A stretch of 64,000 nt of DNA, taken from NCBI GenBank assembly GCA_016708435.1, contig JADJFV010000035.1, forward strand, positions 192,001-256,000, written 5' to 3'. Positions 1-9,359 of the stretch are shown piece by piece. The notes beneath the pieces are model-generated. The model was not told the DNA's origin, did no database searches, and saw only the letters and a program-made list of their open reading frames with translations. Within the stretch, counting starts at the first letter, position 1; every line of letters begins with the position of its first letter. The stretch comes from Leptospiraceae bacterium. GTDB taxonomy: Bacteria > Spirochaetota > Leptospiria > Leptospirales > Leptospiraceae. The translations under genes were made by a program, and so were the position numbers.

Positions 1-333
1 GAAACGGAAATTGCATCAATAATTTCACCGGTTTGTGGGTTATAAACTTGCGCATAGATATTGGGCGGGAAATTTTTCTCTCTCACATAAAGTAGGTTGA
101 TGTATAAATGTAAGTCTGTTTCTTTAGAAAAAGAACTTACCTCCCGATCGGTGAACTCAACTTTATAACGAGAAGAAAGACTTTTGATTATAGACTGTTT
201 TAGAATGTCCTCAAATTTATTATCCTTTTCTGATTCTATTTGTCTGGGTTCACGAATAATAATTCTTTCCATTGCACTAACTCCTATTGTAAAAGTTAGA
301 AATAGAAAAAATATGTGAACAATTTTTATCATA
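1..333 (-). CDS. hypothetical secreted protein, partial (C-terminus beyond window edge)
   Basis: Minus-strand reading frame from ATG at 333 (MIKIVHIFFLFLTFTIGVSA... signal-like N-terminus) runs open to position 1; not in supplied ORF track because it leaves the window. Confidence 0.35.
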
Positions 334-627
334 GAAAATCTCTAGAAAAACTAATGTTAAATCTCAAATTTCTGTAAACAAGTTTTTTATTTACTCTGTT
401 CTTTTATTGATATCAATGGTTTCTTTTAAGTTGTCATTATTCTTGACTCAATTGCCAAAGGTTATTTTTGTGATTTTAACAGAATAGAGTTATTGTCGAT
501 TTATTCTTATTGAGTTTCTGATTCAATTCTTATGTGGAGTCGTAAATTCAGAGAGCAATCAGTCTAAGATTAGTTAGCCGCAAGATCTGCGTCAATACCA
601 ACTTTATGTTGTAAAGGAATTTCATTT

Positions 628-1878
628 ATGAGAAAAATATATTTATACTTGGCTTTATCATCCGCATTTTTGTTACTTGGTTGCGATGGATTAAAAAAAT
701 TTCTGATTCAAAAATTGGGTTCAACGGATAAATATGAAATTGAAGGAGATGCAGCGCATCTTGTTCCCGTTACATCGGGACTTGACGAAAAGCGGGAAAA
801 AATCCAAATCAACCTTCGAGAGGTTTCTTCTGGTTATGTGCAACCAACTGATATGCAATTTCCTCCGGGTGAATCGGAAGAATTTTTTGTTTTGGAAAAG
901 CAGGGAAAAATTCTATGGGGCAAAGTTGGAAAAAGAGAAATAAAAGAAATCTTAAAAATACAAGTAAAGACAGAAGCCGAAGAAGGACTTTTAGGATTAG
1001 CCTTTCATCCAGATTTTAGAAAGAATGGAAAAATATATCTAAACTATGTTTCGCAGCAAGGCAAAAAGGATATTAGCCGCATTGCTGAATGGACTGCGAC
1101 TTTACCCAATGATCTAAAGAATACAAAATTAGAATCAGAAAGAATTCTAATGGAACTAGAACAGCCGTATGAAAATCATAATGCGGGACAAATTCTTTTT
1201 GGACCGGATAGAATGCTTTATATTGGTTGGGGAGATGGTGGTTGGTTGAGAGATCCTTCCCGTAATGGACAGAATCCGAAAACCTTTTTAGGCAGCATGC
1301 TTCGTATTGATGTAGATGCAACTCCGGATACAGGCAAAGCTTATAAAGTTCCAGAGGACAATCCTTTTTATGCGGATAAATGCTGTAAGCCAGAGATATT
1401 TGCCTATGGATTAAGAAATCCGTGGAGATTTAGTTTTGATTCAAAAGGTAGGATGATAGTTGCAGATGTCGGGGAAGATACATGGGAAGAAATTGATATT
1501 GTTGAGAAGGGTAAGAATTATGGATGGAATATAAAAGAAGGGTTTCACTGCTTTGAGCCAAAAGAAAACTGTAAAACAGAAAACTTAACCGATCCAATCT
1601 ATGAATATGGGAGAGAAGATGGACAATCGATTACAGGCGGTTATGTTTATACCCGAAAAGAAATCTCTGCACTGACAGGTAAATACATATTTGCCGATTT
1701 TATGTCAGGACGAATCTGGGCTTTAACTGTGCCGGATAACGCATCGGAAAAAGTCAATTCTGTTTATACACTGGGAAAATGGCCTGTATTGATTTCTTCT
1801 TTTGGAAGAGATGCAGATGGAAATGTATATGCAGTTGATTTAGGAAAAGGAAAAATATTTAGGATAGAAGGGAAGTAA
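628..1878 (+). CDS. PQQ-dependent sugar (glucose/sorbosone) dehydrogenase-like beta-propeller lipoprotein (YliI/SGDH family)
   Basis: Lipobox-like N-terminus (LLLGC); motifs [13 protein letters not shown] and [23 protein letters not shown] typical of soluble aldose sugar dehydrogenases. Confidence 0.7.
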   Translation: MRKIYLYLALSSAFLLLGCDGLKKFLIQKLGSTDKYEIEGDAAHLVPVTSGLDEKREKIQINLREVSSGYVQPTDMQFPPGESEEFFVLEKQGKILWGKVGKREIKEILKIQVKTEAEEGLLGLAFHPDFRKNGKIYLNYVSQQGKKDISRIAEWTATLPNDLKNTKLESERILMELEQPYENHNAGQILFGPDRMLYIGWGDGGWLRDPSRNGQNPKTFLGSMLRIDVDATPDTGKAYKVPEDNPFYADKCCKPEIFAYGLRNPWRFSFDSKGRMIVADVGEDTWEEIDIVEKGKNYGWNIKEGFHCFEPKENCKTENLTDPIYEYGREDGQSITGGYVYTRKEISALTGKYIFADFMSGRIWALTVPDNASEKVNSVYTLGKWPVLISSFGRDADGNVYAVDLGKGKIFRIEGK

Positions 1879-1882
1879 TCGA

Positions 1883-2467
1883 ATGAATAAAAATCTATTC
1901 ACACAAGCAATGGAGGCTTTTGATACAGCCAATTCTAAAGATCCGAATTTTATCGAAGTAAATGGATTTGAAAAACCATATGAATTAATCTATTCAAACT
2001 GGCTCTATGAGTGGATAATGAAGCTTAACCCTAATGCAATAGAAGAATTGCAATTAGCCGCTAAGTGTCAACATATTAAGAGATGGGAGATTCCACGCTC
2101 TAAGTATCCAGAAGGACTAAAGGGCTATACAAAGTGGAAAAAAGAATTAGCCGAGTATCATGCAGATGAAGCTGGTAAAATACTTAAACAAGTTGGATAC
2201 GATGAAGTAGTCGTTGATCGGGTAAGATCAATTAACCTTAAGAAAAATTTGAAAGCAGATTCAGATGTGCAAACCATGGAAGATGCACTTTGTCTTGTTA
2301 CCCTACAATACCAAATCGAAGGGTTTAGTTTAAAGCACGACGATGAAAAGATGATTGGAATTATTCAAAAGACCTGGGCGAAGATGAGTGATAGAGCAAA
2401 AGAAGAAGCTTTAAAACTGAGCTATTCGGAAAGAGTTCTATCGTTGATAAAAAAGGCAATAGCTTAA
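1883..2467 (+). CDS. hypothetical protein, DUF4202-like
   Basis: 194 aa ORF starting 5 nt after the previous gene; weak recollection of the DUF4202 family only. Confidence 0.4.
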   Translation: MNKNLFTQAMEAFDTANSKDPNFIEVNGFEKPYELIYSNWLYEWIMKLNPNAIEELQLAAKCQHIKRWEIPRSKYPEGLKGYTKWKKELAEYHADEAGKILKQVGYDEVVVDRVRSINLKKNLKADSDVQTMEDALCLVTLQYQIEGFSLKHDDEKMIGIIQKTWAKMSDRAKEEALKLSYSERVLSLIKKAIA

Positions 2468-2595
2468 TGCATTCGTTATTTGCCAGATAGACCTCTCACG
2501 AAAAGATGTTCGAGGTTTTCGTGGTGATAGTAAAAAAAAACCGAGGTGTTTTACCACCTCGGATCAATAGTTTCTAAAAAGAAAGCCTGCTAATT

Positions 2596-3765
2596 TTAAA
2601 CAGCAGCTTCAGCGGATTCTAATTCTTCCTCTAAAGCCATGTTCCTGCGTGAACCTTTTTCTGCCTTTTCAGGAGAAATACCTTTTCCATTTTCAGTAGT
2701 TGGCTTGATTGCAACAACGCCACTACCATTTGGAGGTAAATCATTTAGATCGCGAATCTGTGCTTCGAGTTTGCCTGATAGATCAGGATGCTCTTGCAAA
2801 TAGGCGCGAACTGTTTCCTTACCTTGACCAATTTTTTCGCCATTATAGGAATACCATGAGCCACCCTTCACAATGATTTCGTGTTTGACCGCGAGATCAA
2901 TGATAGAGCTCTCTCTATTAATACCAGAATTAAACATTACGTCAAACTCTGCTTGTTTGAAAGGAGGAGCGCATTTGTTTTTGACAACTTTTACACGCAC
3001 TCTATTCCCAATTGGGTCTTCCTTATCTTTTAAAGTTTCAATTTTTCGAATATCCAAACGCACACTTGCATAGAACTTGAGTGCATTTCCTCCTGTAGTC
3101 GTTTCAGGAGATCCAAACATAACACCAATCTTCATACGAATCTGGTTAATAAAAACCACCGTAGTCTTTGACTTGGAAATCGTTCCAGTCAGTTTTCTAA
3201 GGGCTTGTGACATCAGACGGGCTTGTAATCCCATATGAGAGTCACCCATATCGCCTTCAATTTCCGCTTTAGGAACGAGAGCGGCGACAGAGTCAATTAC
3301 GATGATATCAATCGCATTGCTACGAACCAGAGATTCGCAAATTTCTAATGCTTCTTCCCCGTTATCCGGTTGCGAAACAAGTAAGTCATCAATATTAACA
3401 CCAAGCTTTTTGGCGTAAGAAGGATCTAGAGCGTGCTCGGCATCTATAAAGGCGGCGATTCCACCTTTTTTTTGAGCCTGAGCAATTGTAGAAAGCATAA
3501 GTGTCGTCTTTCCTGAAGACTCAGGACCGTAAATCTCTACAATTCTACCAACCGGCAAACCACCGATTCCTAAGGCAATATCCAAATCCAACGAGCCTGT
3601 TGAGATAACGGGAATAGCAACGGCGGAATTTGCTCCCAAACGCATGATAGAGCCTTTTCCGAACTGTTTCTCAATTTGACCCATAGCGGCGTCAATCGCA
3701 CGCTTTCTCTCTTCATTTTTCTCGGAGAGAATTTCCTCTGCCTTATCCTCTTTTCCTTTTTTCAT
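2596..3765 (-). CDS. recA: recombinase RecA
   Basis: Canonical RecA sequence (GKGSIMRLG, Walker [11 protein letters not shown]1/L2 loop regions), 389 aa with a C-terminal extension. Confidence 0.95.
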   Translation of the reverse strand: MKKGKEDKAEEILSEKNEERKRAIDAAMGQIEKQFGKGSIMRLGANSAVAIPVISTGSLDLDIALGIGGLPVGRIVEIYGPESSGKTTLMLSTIAQAQKKGGIAAFIDAEHALDPSYAKKLGVNIDDLLVSQPDNGEEALEICESLVRSNAIDIIVIDSVAALVPKAEIEGDMGDSHMGLQARLMSQALRKLTGTISKSKTTVVFINQIRMKIGVMFGSPETTTGGNALKFYASVRLDIRKIETLKDKEDPIGNRVRVKVVKNKCAPPFKQAEFDVMFNSGINRESSIIDLAVKHEIIVKGGSWYSYNGEKIGQGKETVRAYLQEHPDLSGKLEAQIRDLNDLPPNGSGVVAIKPTTENGKGISPEKAEKGSRRNMALEEELESAEAAV

Positions 3766-4040
3766 GGATAACTCCTATTTAGTTTCTAATATAATTAGGT
3801 AAAAAATTGTTCTGATGTGCGCAAATTCTGAGATTTTTTGGTAAAATTTCAGAAAAAAACAATCTCTACCTGAATCTATTCTGAGTATGCAACGAGGCAC
3901 GGACAAAATAGAGGATAAATGATAACTTTTTCGCTTTTCCAATCTTCTAAGCTATACTAATGTATGTATAGATTTTTTTTCACCGAAATTGCATTTTTTT
4001 TCAAAAAAAACTGTTTTTACAGGCGATTTTTTGCTAAAGG

Positions 4041-4280
4041 TTGGCACGATTTATGACTAGAACGGAATTTATTCCTTATTATAAAACGAAAGACGTTCCA
4101 CTTCTTTCCATTTTGAAATTTCATTTAGATGAAATGGAGATTCCTTACTTCGTTACGGGAGAAGATTTTCTATTTTTAGAAAATCTAGCAATGCCAATGC
4201 ACGAAGCCTGCGCGATTTTGTATTTATTGCCAGAAGATGTAGATAAATTTCAGAAATTATTAGAAGAAGGATTCGAGTAA
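4041..4280 (+). CDS. small hypothetical protein
   Basis: 79 aa ORF only, no recognisable motif. Confidence 0.25.
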   Translation: MARFMTRTEFIPYYKTKDVPLLSILKFHLDEMEIPYFVTGEDFLFLENLAMPMHEACAILYLLPEDVDKFQKLLEEGFE

Positions 4281-4284
4281 AAAG

Positions 4285-4505
4285 ATTTGCCACAGAGGCA
4301 CTGAGTCACAGAGAGCGGATTGGATTGGAATTGATTTTATTTCTATTCTTCGCGTGAAAGAGAGTGGATGATAAAAATCGAAATGAATTCTTTCATCAAT
4401 ATTTCCTCAGTCTACAAACTTCAATTGCGAAAGGAAGTAAATTTTTCTGATGTAAGGCTCTGCCCTAAGAAACCTCTGTGTCTTTGTGACTCTAAGTATG
4501 GCAAT
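4285..4505. repeat. MITE-like hairpin element, CACAGAG-heptamer family (copy 1)
   Basis: Arms gccacagaggcactgagtcacagagagcgg and cctctgtgtctttgtgactc; terminal ttgccacagaggc shared with the 53397-53600 copy. Confidence 0.5.
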
Positions 4506-4840
4506 TAAAGCACGCATCGGACTAAAACTTTTTTGTCTTTTGCTAAACTGAATTTTACTCCGTTGAGCAATGTAAAATAAAAAGCGCGGTCAGAGGAAAC
4601 TTCATCTGATGTCCAGTAAGTGTTTCCGTCTTTCTTCCAGGATTCTAATTCTTGTTTCTCAAAGCTTATTTTTAATTCATCGAGTGTAGGAAGTCTCTTT
4701 CCTTCCTTTGCACATTTTGATTTTGCTTCTTCCCAATTTAATTTACCGAGACTTGCAGACCATTTTGCTTCTTTTGCATGGGTGCATTGTTGGAAAGATA
4801 AAAAGAAAAATAGGAGGATGTATTTTGCAAATGAGTTCAT
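4505..4840 (-). CDS. DUF1566 (Lcl C-terminal domain) family lipoprotein
   Basis: Signal peptide plus WSASLGKLNWEEAKSKCAKEGKRLPTLDEL...YWTSDE motif pattern typical of DUF1566. Confidence 0.55.
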   Translation of the reverse strand: MNSFAKYILLFFFLSFQQCTHAKEAKWSASLGKLNWEEAKSKCAKEGKRLPTLDELKISFEKQELESWKKDGNTYWTSDEVSSDRAFYFTLLNGVKFSLAKDKKVLVRCVL

Positions 4841-4944
4841 GGTTTAAGATTTTCTCTTTCCAAAAGAATTGTCAATGAAAAATACCATTAGATATGTATG
4901 ACTAAAAAACTTTACTTTAAAACAAGTTTCTAAAATCTAAATCT

Positions 4945-5496
4945 ATGAGTCTATTCATTGCCATCAGTCTACCCGAATCTATAAGAGAGAAAATCTTTAC
5001 AACAATGCAAGACAAAGAGATTCCAGAAGAATTATGGGAGAAAAAAGAAGACTTACACATAACAATGCTTTTCCTCCAAAAAGGAAATCCAGAATTAGAA
5101 TATATTCAATCAATAAAAGACAGATTAAAGAAACTCTCCTTCTCTCCATTTAAAATTGAAATTGAACGAGTAGAATATTGGACATTAAAAGAAAACCGTC
5201 AGATTTTACACTTAAGCGTAAAGCCTTCAAAAGAACTAATTGCACTTCAATCTGAAATTGTTTCCCTTATTCCCGAAGTTCCAAAGTCTACTCATGAGTT
5301 TAAGCCGCATATATCTCTGATACGCTCTTCCAGGATTACTCAATCCAAACTAGAAGAAATAAAAAATAAATTTTCTAGTTTTTCAACTGACGCATTTACA
5401 GTAAGTCAAGTTCATCTGTATATTGGTGATAGAGGAAAGGCAGATGAGGATAATAAAAGAAACCGGTATAGGGTTGTTGGGTCTTTTCCAAATTAA
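4945..5496 (+). CDS. 2H phosphoesterase family protein (RNA 2',3'-cyclic phosphodiesterase / 2'-5' RNA ligase-like, LigT/ThpR)
   Basis: Two H-x-T/S-x motifs (DLHITMLF and KPHISLIRS) at the spacing typical of the 2H superfamily. Confidence 0.65.
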   Translation: MSLFIAISLPESIREKIFTTMQDKEIPEELWEKKEDLHITMLFLQKGNPELEYIQSIKDRLKKLSFSPFKIEIERVEYWTLKENRQILHLSVKPSKELIALQSEIVSLIPEVPKSTHEFKPHISLIRSSRITQSKLEEIKNKFSSFSTDAFTVSQVHLYIGDRGKADEDNKRNRYRVVGSFPN

Positions 5497-6980
5497 TCGG
5501 AAAGGACATCCGCAATTTCCACGTGTCCTTTTTGTTTTGCAAGTTCAAGTGGTGTTCTACCCATATTTGTTTTTGCTAATTTGTCAGCATTTTGAGAAAG
5601 TAAAATCTCCACTGCTTGCGTTTTCCCAAAAAAGGCGGCTACATGCAAAGGTGTTTGTCCAAAATCATCCCTTATATTGCTATCCATTCCCTTCTTCAAA
5701 AGAAACTGTAATGAGTTTAGGCACATATTTTCTGCTGCATAGTGGAGACAACTGTATCCGAATTTCCCTCTTTCATGTAAGTCGGTTCCAGAGTCTAAAA
5801 GCAATTCGATTACTTCTACTATATCAGTCATCACTGCAAAATGAAGTGGGCTTGTGTGCTCATAATCTTTAACCTTAACACGGGAACCATTTTTTAATAA
5901 GGCTTTAACAGGTTCGAGCTTTGCTGCAAACTGTTCTTTTTCCAGATATTTAAAATTTATATGAACTGGAAATAATTTGCTAATTGCTAAATGTAGCGGA
6001 GTTCTATTATTATCCTCTCGACCATTTGTATTGAAACCCTTTTTTAAAAGGAAATGTAATATTTCTTTTTGTTCATATTTTACAGCAGAGATAACAAAGG
6101 AATCACTCTTTGGACTTTTTAGAAATTTTGCCCTATCAGTTCTAAACATATACATAAACATTCCAAGATCATCAGCAAGGATTGTTTTCTCCATCGCATC
6201 CCAGAGACCGATTCCTGTCTTTATTAAAAGCATAGCAATTCTAATATACTTTGCCTGCTTTTTTTTTTCCTTTTTTTGTTTGTGTTCATGTATCTTATTA
6301 ATAGCGCCGGATAACGTGGATTTAAAAACTTTTTTATAATCAGGGTTAGTTTTGATTTCATTTTCAATTAATAGTTTAATTACTGATATATCCAATTTCT
6401 CATAATGATATATCCTACCAAATGAAAACCGTTTCTTTTTACTCAAAAAATTATAATAGCGATCTTTATAAGAGGGGATGTCATATTCCAAAAGGAATTG
6501 CACTTGCGCGATGGAAATTTCCATAGATGAAAGATAAACTTTGTTTTTATCTGCTTTATTTTCTAAAAGAAATTTTATAATATCTTTGCGCTCTTCTGTG
6601 TATTCTTGAACTTTTCTAAACCCAGACCCAACAATAGCAGCAGACAAAGGCGTTGTATTATATTTATTTTTACAATTTACTCTCGCACCTTTTTGAACTA
6701 GTAGTTTTACAATTTCTAAATTTCCGATTTCGCAAGCAAGTATAAGGGGATTACTATCGTTACTCTCAAGATTCGGATCAGCACCTCTGAGAATTAAAAT
6801 TTTTGCGATATCAAAATTTTTAGAATTAAGAGCAGAAAGTAATGGAGAAAATTTTTTATTATTAATCTTTGCTCCATTATCAAGTAGAGCATTCACGATA
6901 TCCAAATTTCCAATTCTGACTGCTTGCTCTAAAATCCGTTCGGTATACTTCTTGTCTTTATTTATTTTTTTATTTCTCAT
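5493..6980 (-). CDS. ankyrin-repeat protein
   Basis: Multiple ANK repeats (GxTPLHxAAxxGHxxIVxLLLxxGAD-like) at both ends; lysine-rich central region. Confidence 0.8.
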   Translation of the reverse strand: MRNKKINKDKKYTERILEQAVRIGNLDIVNALLDNGAKINNKKFSPLLSALNSKNFDIAKILILRGADPNLESNDSNPLILACEIGNLEIVKLLVQKGARVNCKNKYNTTPLSAAIVGSGFRKVQEYTEERKDIIKFLLENKADKNKVYLSSMEISIAQVQFLLEYDIPSYKDRYYNFLSKKKRFSFGRIYHYEKLDISVIKLLIENEIKTNPDYKKVFKSTLSGAINKIHEHKQKKEKKKQAKYIRIAMLLIKTGIGLWDAMEKTILADDLGMFMYMFRTDRAKFLKSPKSDSFVISAVKYEQKEILHFLLKKGFNTNGREDNNRTPLHLAISKLFPVHINFKYLEKEQFAAKLEPVKALLKNGSRVKVKDYEHTSPLHFAVMTDIVEVIELLLDSGTDLHERGKFGYSCLHYAAENMCLNSLQFLLKKGMDSNIRDDFGQTPLHVAAFFGKTQAVEILLSQNADKLAKTNMGRTPLELAKQKGHVEIADVLSD

Positions 6981-7390
6981 TCGTCCTCTCTGTCAGAATC
7001 TTCGATGGCTTTTAACAAAAGCTCTATTTCATAGTCTCTTAATTTTATACTTTTATTTTTACCGGTTTTAAGTTCTTCTACGGCTTCTTCATAAGACTCT
7101 TCCTTGGTTTTTCTTTGTTTGCCGCTGTATTCATTTTGTGATAAAAAGTCTTGCTCTGTTTCTCCAAGCGTTGCCTTACATTCTTCTATCTCTTTATCAT
7201 ACTTTGCAATATCGGATTCTAATCTTTTTTCACCTCGAATAAGATTCTTAAAAAACTTTGCTCCATGTTCTGATTCATACCCCTGAGTAATATTCATCCT
7301 TGCAATATCTTTTTGCATAATGTCAATGTCTTCTATCGCTTCCGCTCTTCGTTTGTATAATGTTTCTAGTTTATTTTGGGCTTCGTTCAT
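6977..7390 (-). CDS. coiled-coil hypothetical protein, start overlaps ankyrin gene stop
   Basis: 4-nt overlap with the 5493..6980 gene; charged heptad-rich sequence. Confidence 0.45.
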   Translation of the reverse strand: MNEAQNKLETLYKRRAEAIEDIDIMQKDIARMNITQGYESEHGAKFFKNLIRGEKRLESDIAKYDKEIEECKATLGETEQDFLSQNEYSGKQRKTKEESYEEAVEELKTGKNKSIKLRDYEIELLLKAIEDSDREDE

Positions 7391-7423
7391 TTTTATTTCT
7401 CGATTGTTGTTATAGGGGATATT

Positions 7424-7480
7424 TTATATTAACCGCAATTCTTTTCTGAAATCATGCGTGATTGGAGAGGCACAGCCGTG
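7424..7480 (-). promoter_or_regulatory. conserved upstream element (copy 1 of 3) directly 5' of the 6977..7390 gene
   Basis: tatattaaccgcaattctt...tggagagg shares a core with 8095-8143 and 9305-9353. Confidence 0.35.
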
Positions 7481-7485
7481 CGTCT

Positions 7486-8082
7486 CTACGTGTAGAATTC
7501 ATCATCTTCCCAATTTCTTGGATTGTTTGCAATATAATTTCTGACGTTGTATAATTCTATTTCGTCTCTAACAATCCGGTCGTGGAATCGGGGTTGCCAT
7601 TGGAAATTGTTATTCAAGACGCGATGAATCGCGTCTCTACGAGATATTTCGAATGTAACGCGACCCTTATACCAACGAATTATTTTTGATAAAGACAATG
7701 GATTTAATACAGGATTGTTTATCCCTGTAATTCCGCCTTGCTGTAGAGACGCGATTGATCGCGTCTTATTTGAACGCGCAATTTCTGATTCCATCTCGAA
7801 TGATTTTTCCTGTCCTGATAAATATAACAATCCATGAACATGATTTGTCATTACAATGAATTCATCCAATTCTGCATGAGGAAAATGTTTTGGAACTTCA
7901 GACTAGATATTTTTTGCAATCAATCCCATTTCCGATAACACCATTTCCCCATTCTCAATCTCCCCAAAAAAATGCTCTCTATCCTTCGCGCATATGGTTA
8001 TGAAATAATATCCATTATCCGCATAATCCCAACCTTCTCTTCGTGTTGATTCGATTCTGTATTTATTTTGGAATAATGTCAT
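7486..8082 (-). pseudogene. REP-associated tyrosine transposase (RAYT, IS200/IS605-like Y1 transposase) interrupted by an in-frame amber codon
   Basis: N-terminal piece MTLFQNKYRIESTRREGWDYADNGYYFITICAKDREHFFGE... (8082..7906), TAG at 7903-7905, then the same frame continues SEVPKHFPHAELDEFIVMTNHVHGLL ... WQPRFHDRIVRDEIELYNVRNYIANNP (7902..7486); HuH motif HVH and C-terminal RAYT signature present. Confidence 0.6.
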
Positions 8083-8094
8083 TTTGCCTCTGTT

Positions 8095-8143
8095 TTTAAC
8101 TTAACCCCAACTCTTCTGCGATGTTGCGGGTGAGTTTGGAGAG
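8095..8143 (-). promoter_or_regulatory. conserved upstream element (copy 2 of 3) directly 5' of RAYT start
   Basis: ttaaccccaactcttctgcgatgttgcgggtgagtttggagag is near-identical to 9311-9353. Confidence 0.4.
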
Positions 8144-8148
8144 ATGAT

Positions 8149-9276
8149 TTACTTTGCCCATTTTTTGATTTTATCTAGTATTCTTTTATTCTCTTCCATA
8201 CGTTCCTGTAAAGATTTATCTGAAGGTATCTCATTGGTTTTCTCTCCCTCCTCATTGTCCTGCTTTGCTTGCGGAACATAAGTTTCAATTTCTTTTGCCA
8301 TTTTTTGAAGAGCTTCTTTAAATTCGGGAGTTATTTTTTCTTTTTCGTTATTAACGATTAAATCATAAAAACTTTCAATTTCTCCTCCCTTCTCCTCGGT
8401 CATTTTTGAATAAGATATGTATAATTCTCTTGCTCTATCAACCTGCCCATTCAATATATAGTCTGAAATACTTTCATTTAATTCTAGAATGTCATTTAGA
8501 TATTTCATTTGTTTATTTATTTCTTTCATGCCTTCGGAAAGATTTTTTATTACTTCCTCAAATTTCTTAACAGAATTTCTTTTATTACGTATAGCATAAC
8601 GTGTTTGCTCTTCAACACTAAGTGCTTCTAGCTCTACTTCTGTCAAAATGATTTCTTGCGAAGTGGACAGATTTGAATTGTCTTGCTTATTCTCTACAAA
8701 ATTTCCAAAATTTTCTAGAATATATTTTCCTTCTTTTTTGGGTAAAGAATCTATTAGAGCATTGATTTCCTTTTGAGTTGGAACTTCTTTAAAATTGCCT
8801 TCTTGTATTTCACGATTCAATGCCTCCAAAGCTTCACTATAAAGCTCATCAATAGATTTTGATTTTGACTTTTCGATTTCATCTGTTTGTATTGTTTCGC
8901 CTGCGATCTCATAATAAATTTTATTTGTATTTTCATACATATCTTCTAAACTTTTAATTTCTAATTCCATTGCGATCTTGTCAGTTTTCAGCGAATTTAT
9001 TCCTTCTTCCAGAACGACTAAGAGTTTTTCAAATAAATCATTCTTTTTTCTGGCTCTAAGTCTAAGGATACTTGTTTGAATAAGTTTTATGTTCTCTTGG
9101 TAATTAGCTCTTAGTTTGTTTAACCTGCTTAGAGAATTCACTTCTTTTTCTAGAAACGACTTTGTCAAACTAATAAAATACTGCCTCTGCTCTTCTTCAG
9201 GCATTGCTAGAATTTCTTCCTCTGTTAATATCCTGAATTTTGGATCATCTAAATCCGAGGTTTCATCGGTTTCCAT
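8149..9276 (-). CDS. acidic coiled-coil hypothetical protein
   Basis: 375 aa, E/K-rich heptad pattern, no enzymatic motif seen. Confidence 0.5.
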   Translation of the reverse strand: METDETSDLDDPKFRILTEEEILAMPEEEQRQYFISLTKSFLEKEVNSLSRLNKLRANYQENIKLIQTSILRLRARKKNDLFEKLLVVLEEGINSLKTDKIAMELEIKSLEDMYENTNKIYYEIAGETIQTDEIEKSKSKSIDELYSEALEALNREIQEGNFKEVPTQKEINALIDSLPKKEGKYILENFGNFVENKQDNSNLSTSQEIILTEVELEALSVEEQTRYAIRNKRNSVKKFEEVIKNLSEGMKEINKQMKYLNDILELNESISDYILNGQVDRARELYISYSKMTEEKGGEIESFYDLIVNNEKEKITPEFKEALQKMAKEIETYVPQAKQDNEEGEKTNEIPSDKSLQERMEENKRILDKIKKWAK

Positions 9277-9304
9277 GTATTAGCCTCATTTTTTTGTGGT
9301 TATT

Positions 9305-9353
9305 CTATATTAACCCCAACTCTTCAGCGGTGTCGCGGGTGAGTTTGGAGAGG
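9305..9353 (-). promoter_or_regulatory. conserved upstream element (copy 3 of 3) directly 5' of the 8149..9276 gene
   Basis: ttaaccccaactcttcagcggtgtcgcgggtgagtttggagagg; on the minus strand reads ...TTGGGGTTAATATAGAATAAC before the ATG (possible -35/-10). Confidence 0.4.
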
Positions 9354-9359
9354 GGACGT

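Noticed and set aside
734-1321. ORFs 734..943 (+) and 1073..1321 (-) nested in the sugar dehydrogenase gene
   Set aside because: Alternative-frame or antisense ORFs inside a gene with clear family motifs.
3766-3960. LexA/SOS box upstream of recA
   Set aside because: I searched the recA upstream region for a TTTG-N5-CAAA-type palindrome and found none convincingly; not reported.
3960-4040. Poly-T/poly-A palindrome (gattttttttcaccgaaattgcatttttttttcaaaaaaaactg)
   Set aside because: Low-complexity A/T tract between recA upstream and the next gene; consistent with an AT-rich spacer or terminator and not distinctive.
5423-5872. Plus-strand 149-aa ORF
   Set aside because: Lies antisense inside the well-supported ankyrin gene; its translation is hydrophobic and unstructured, so likely spurious.
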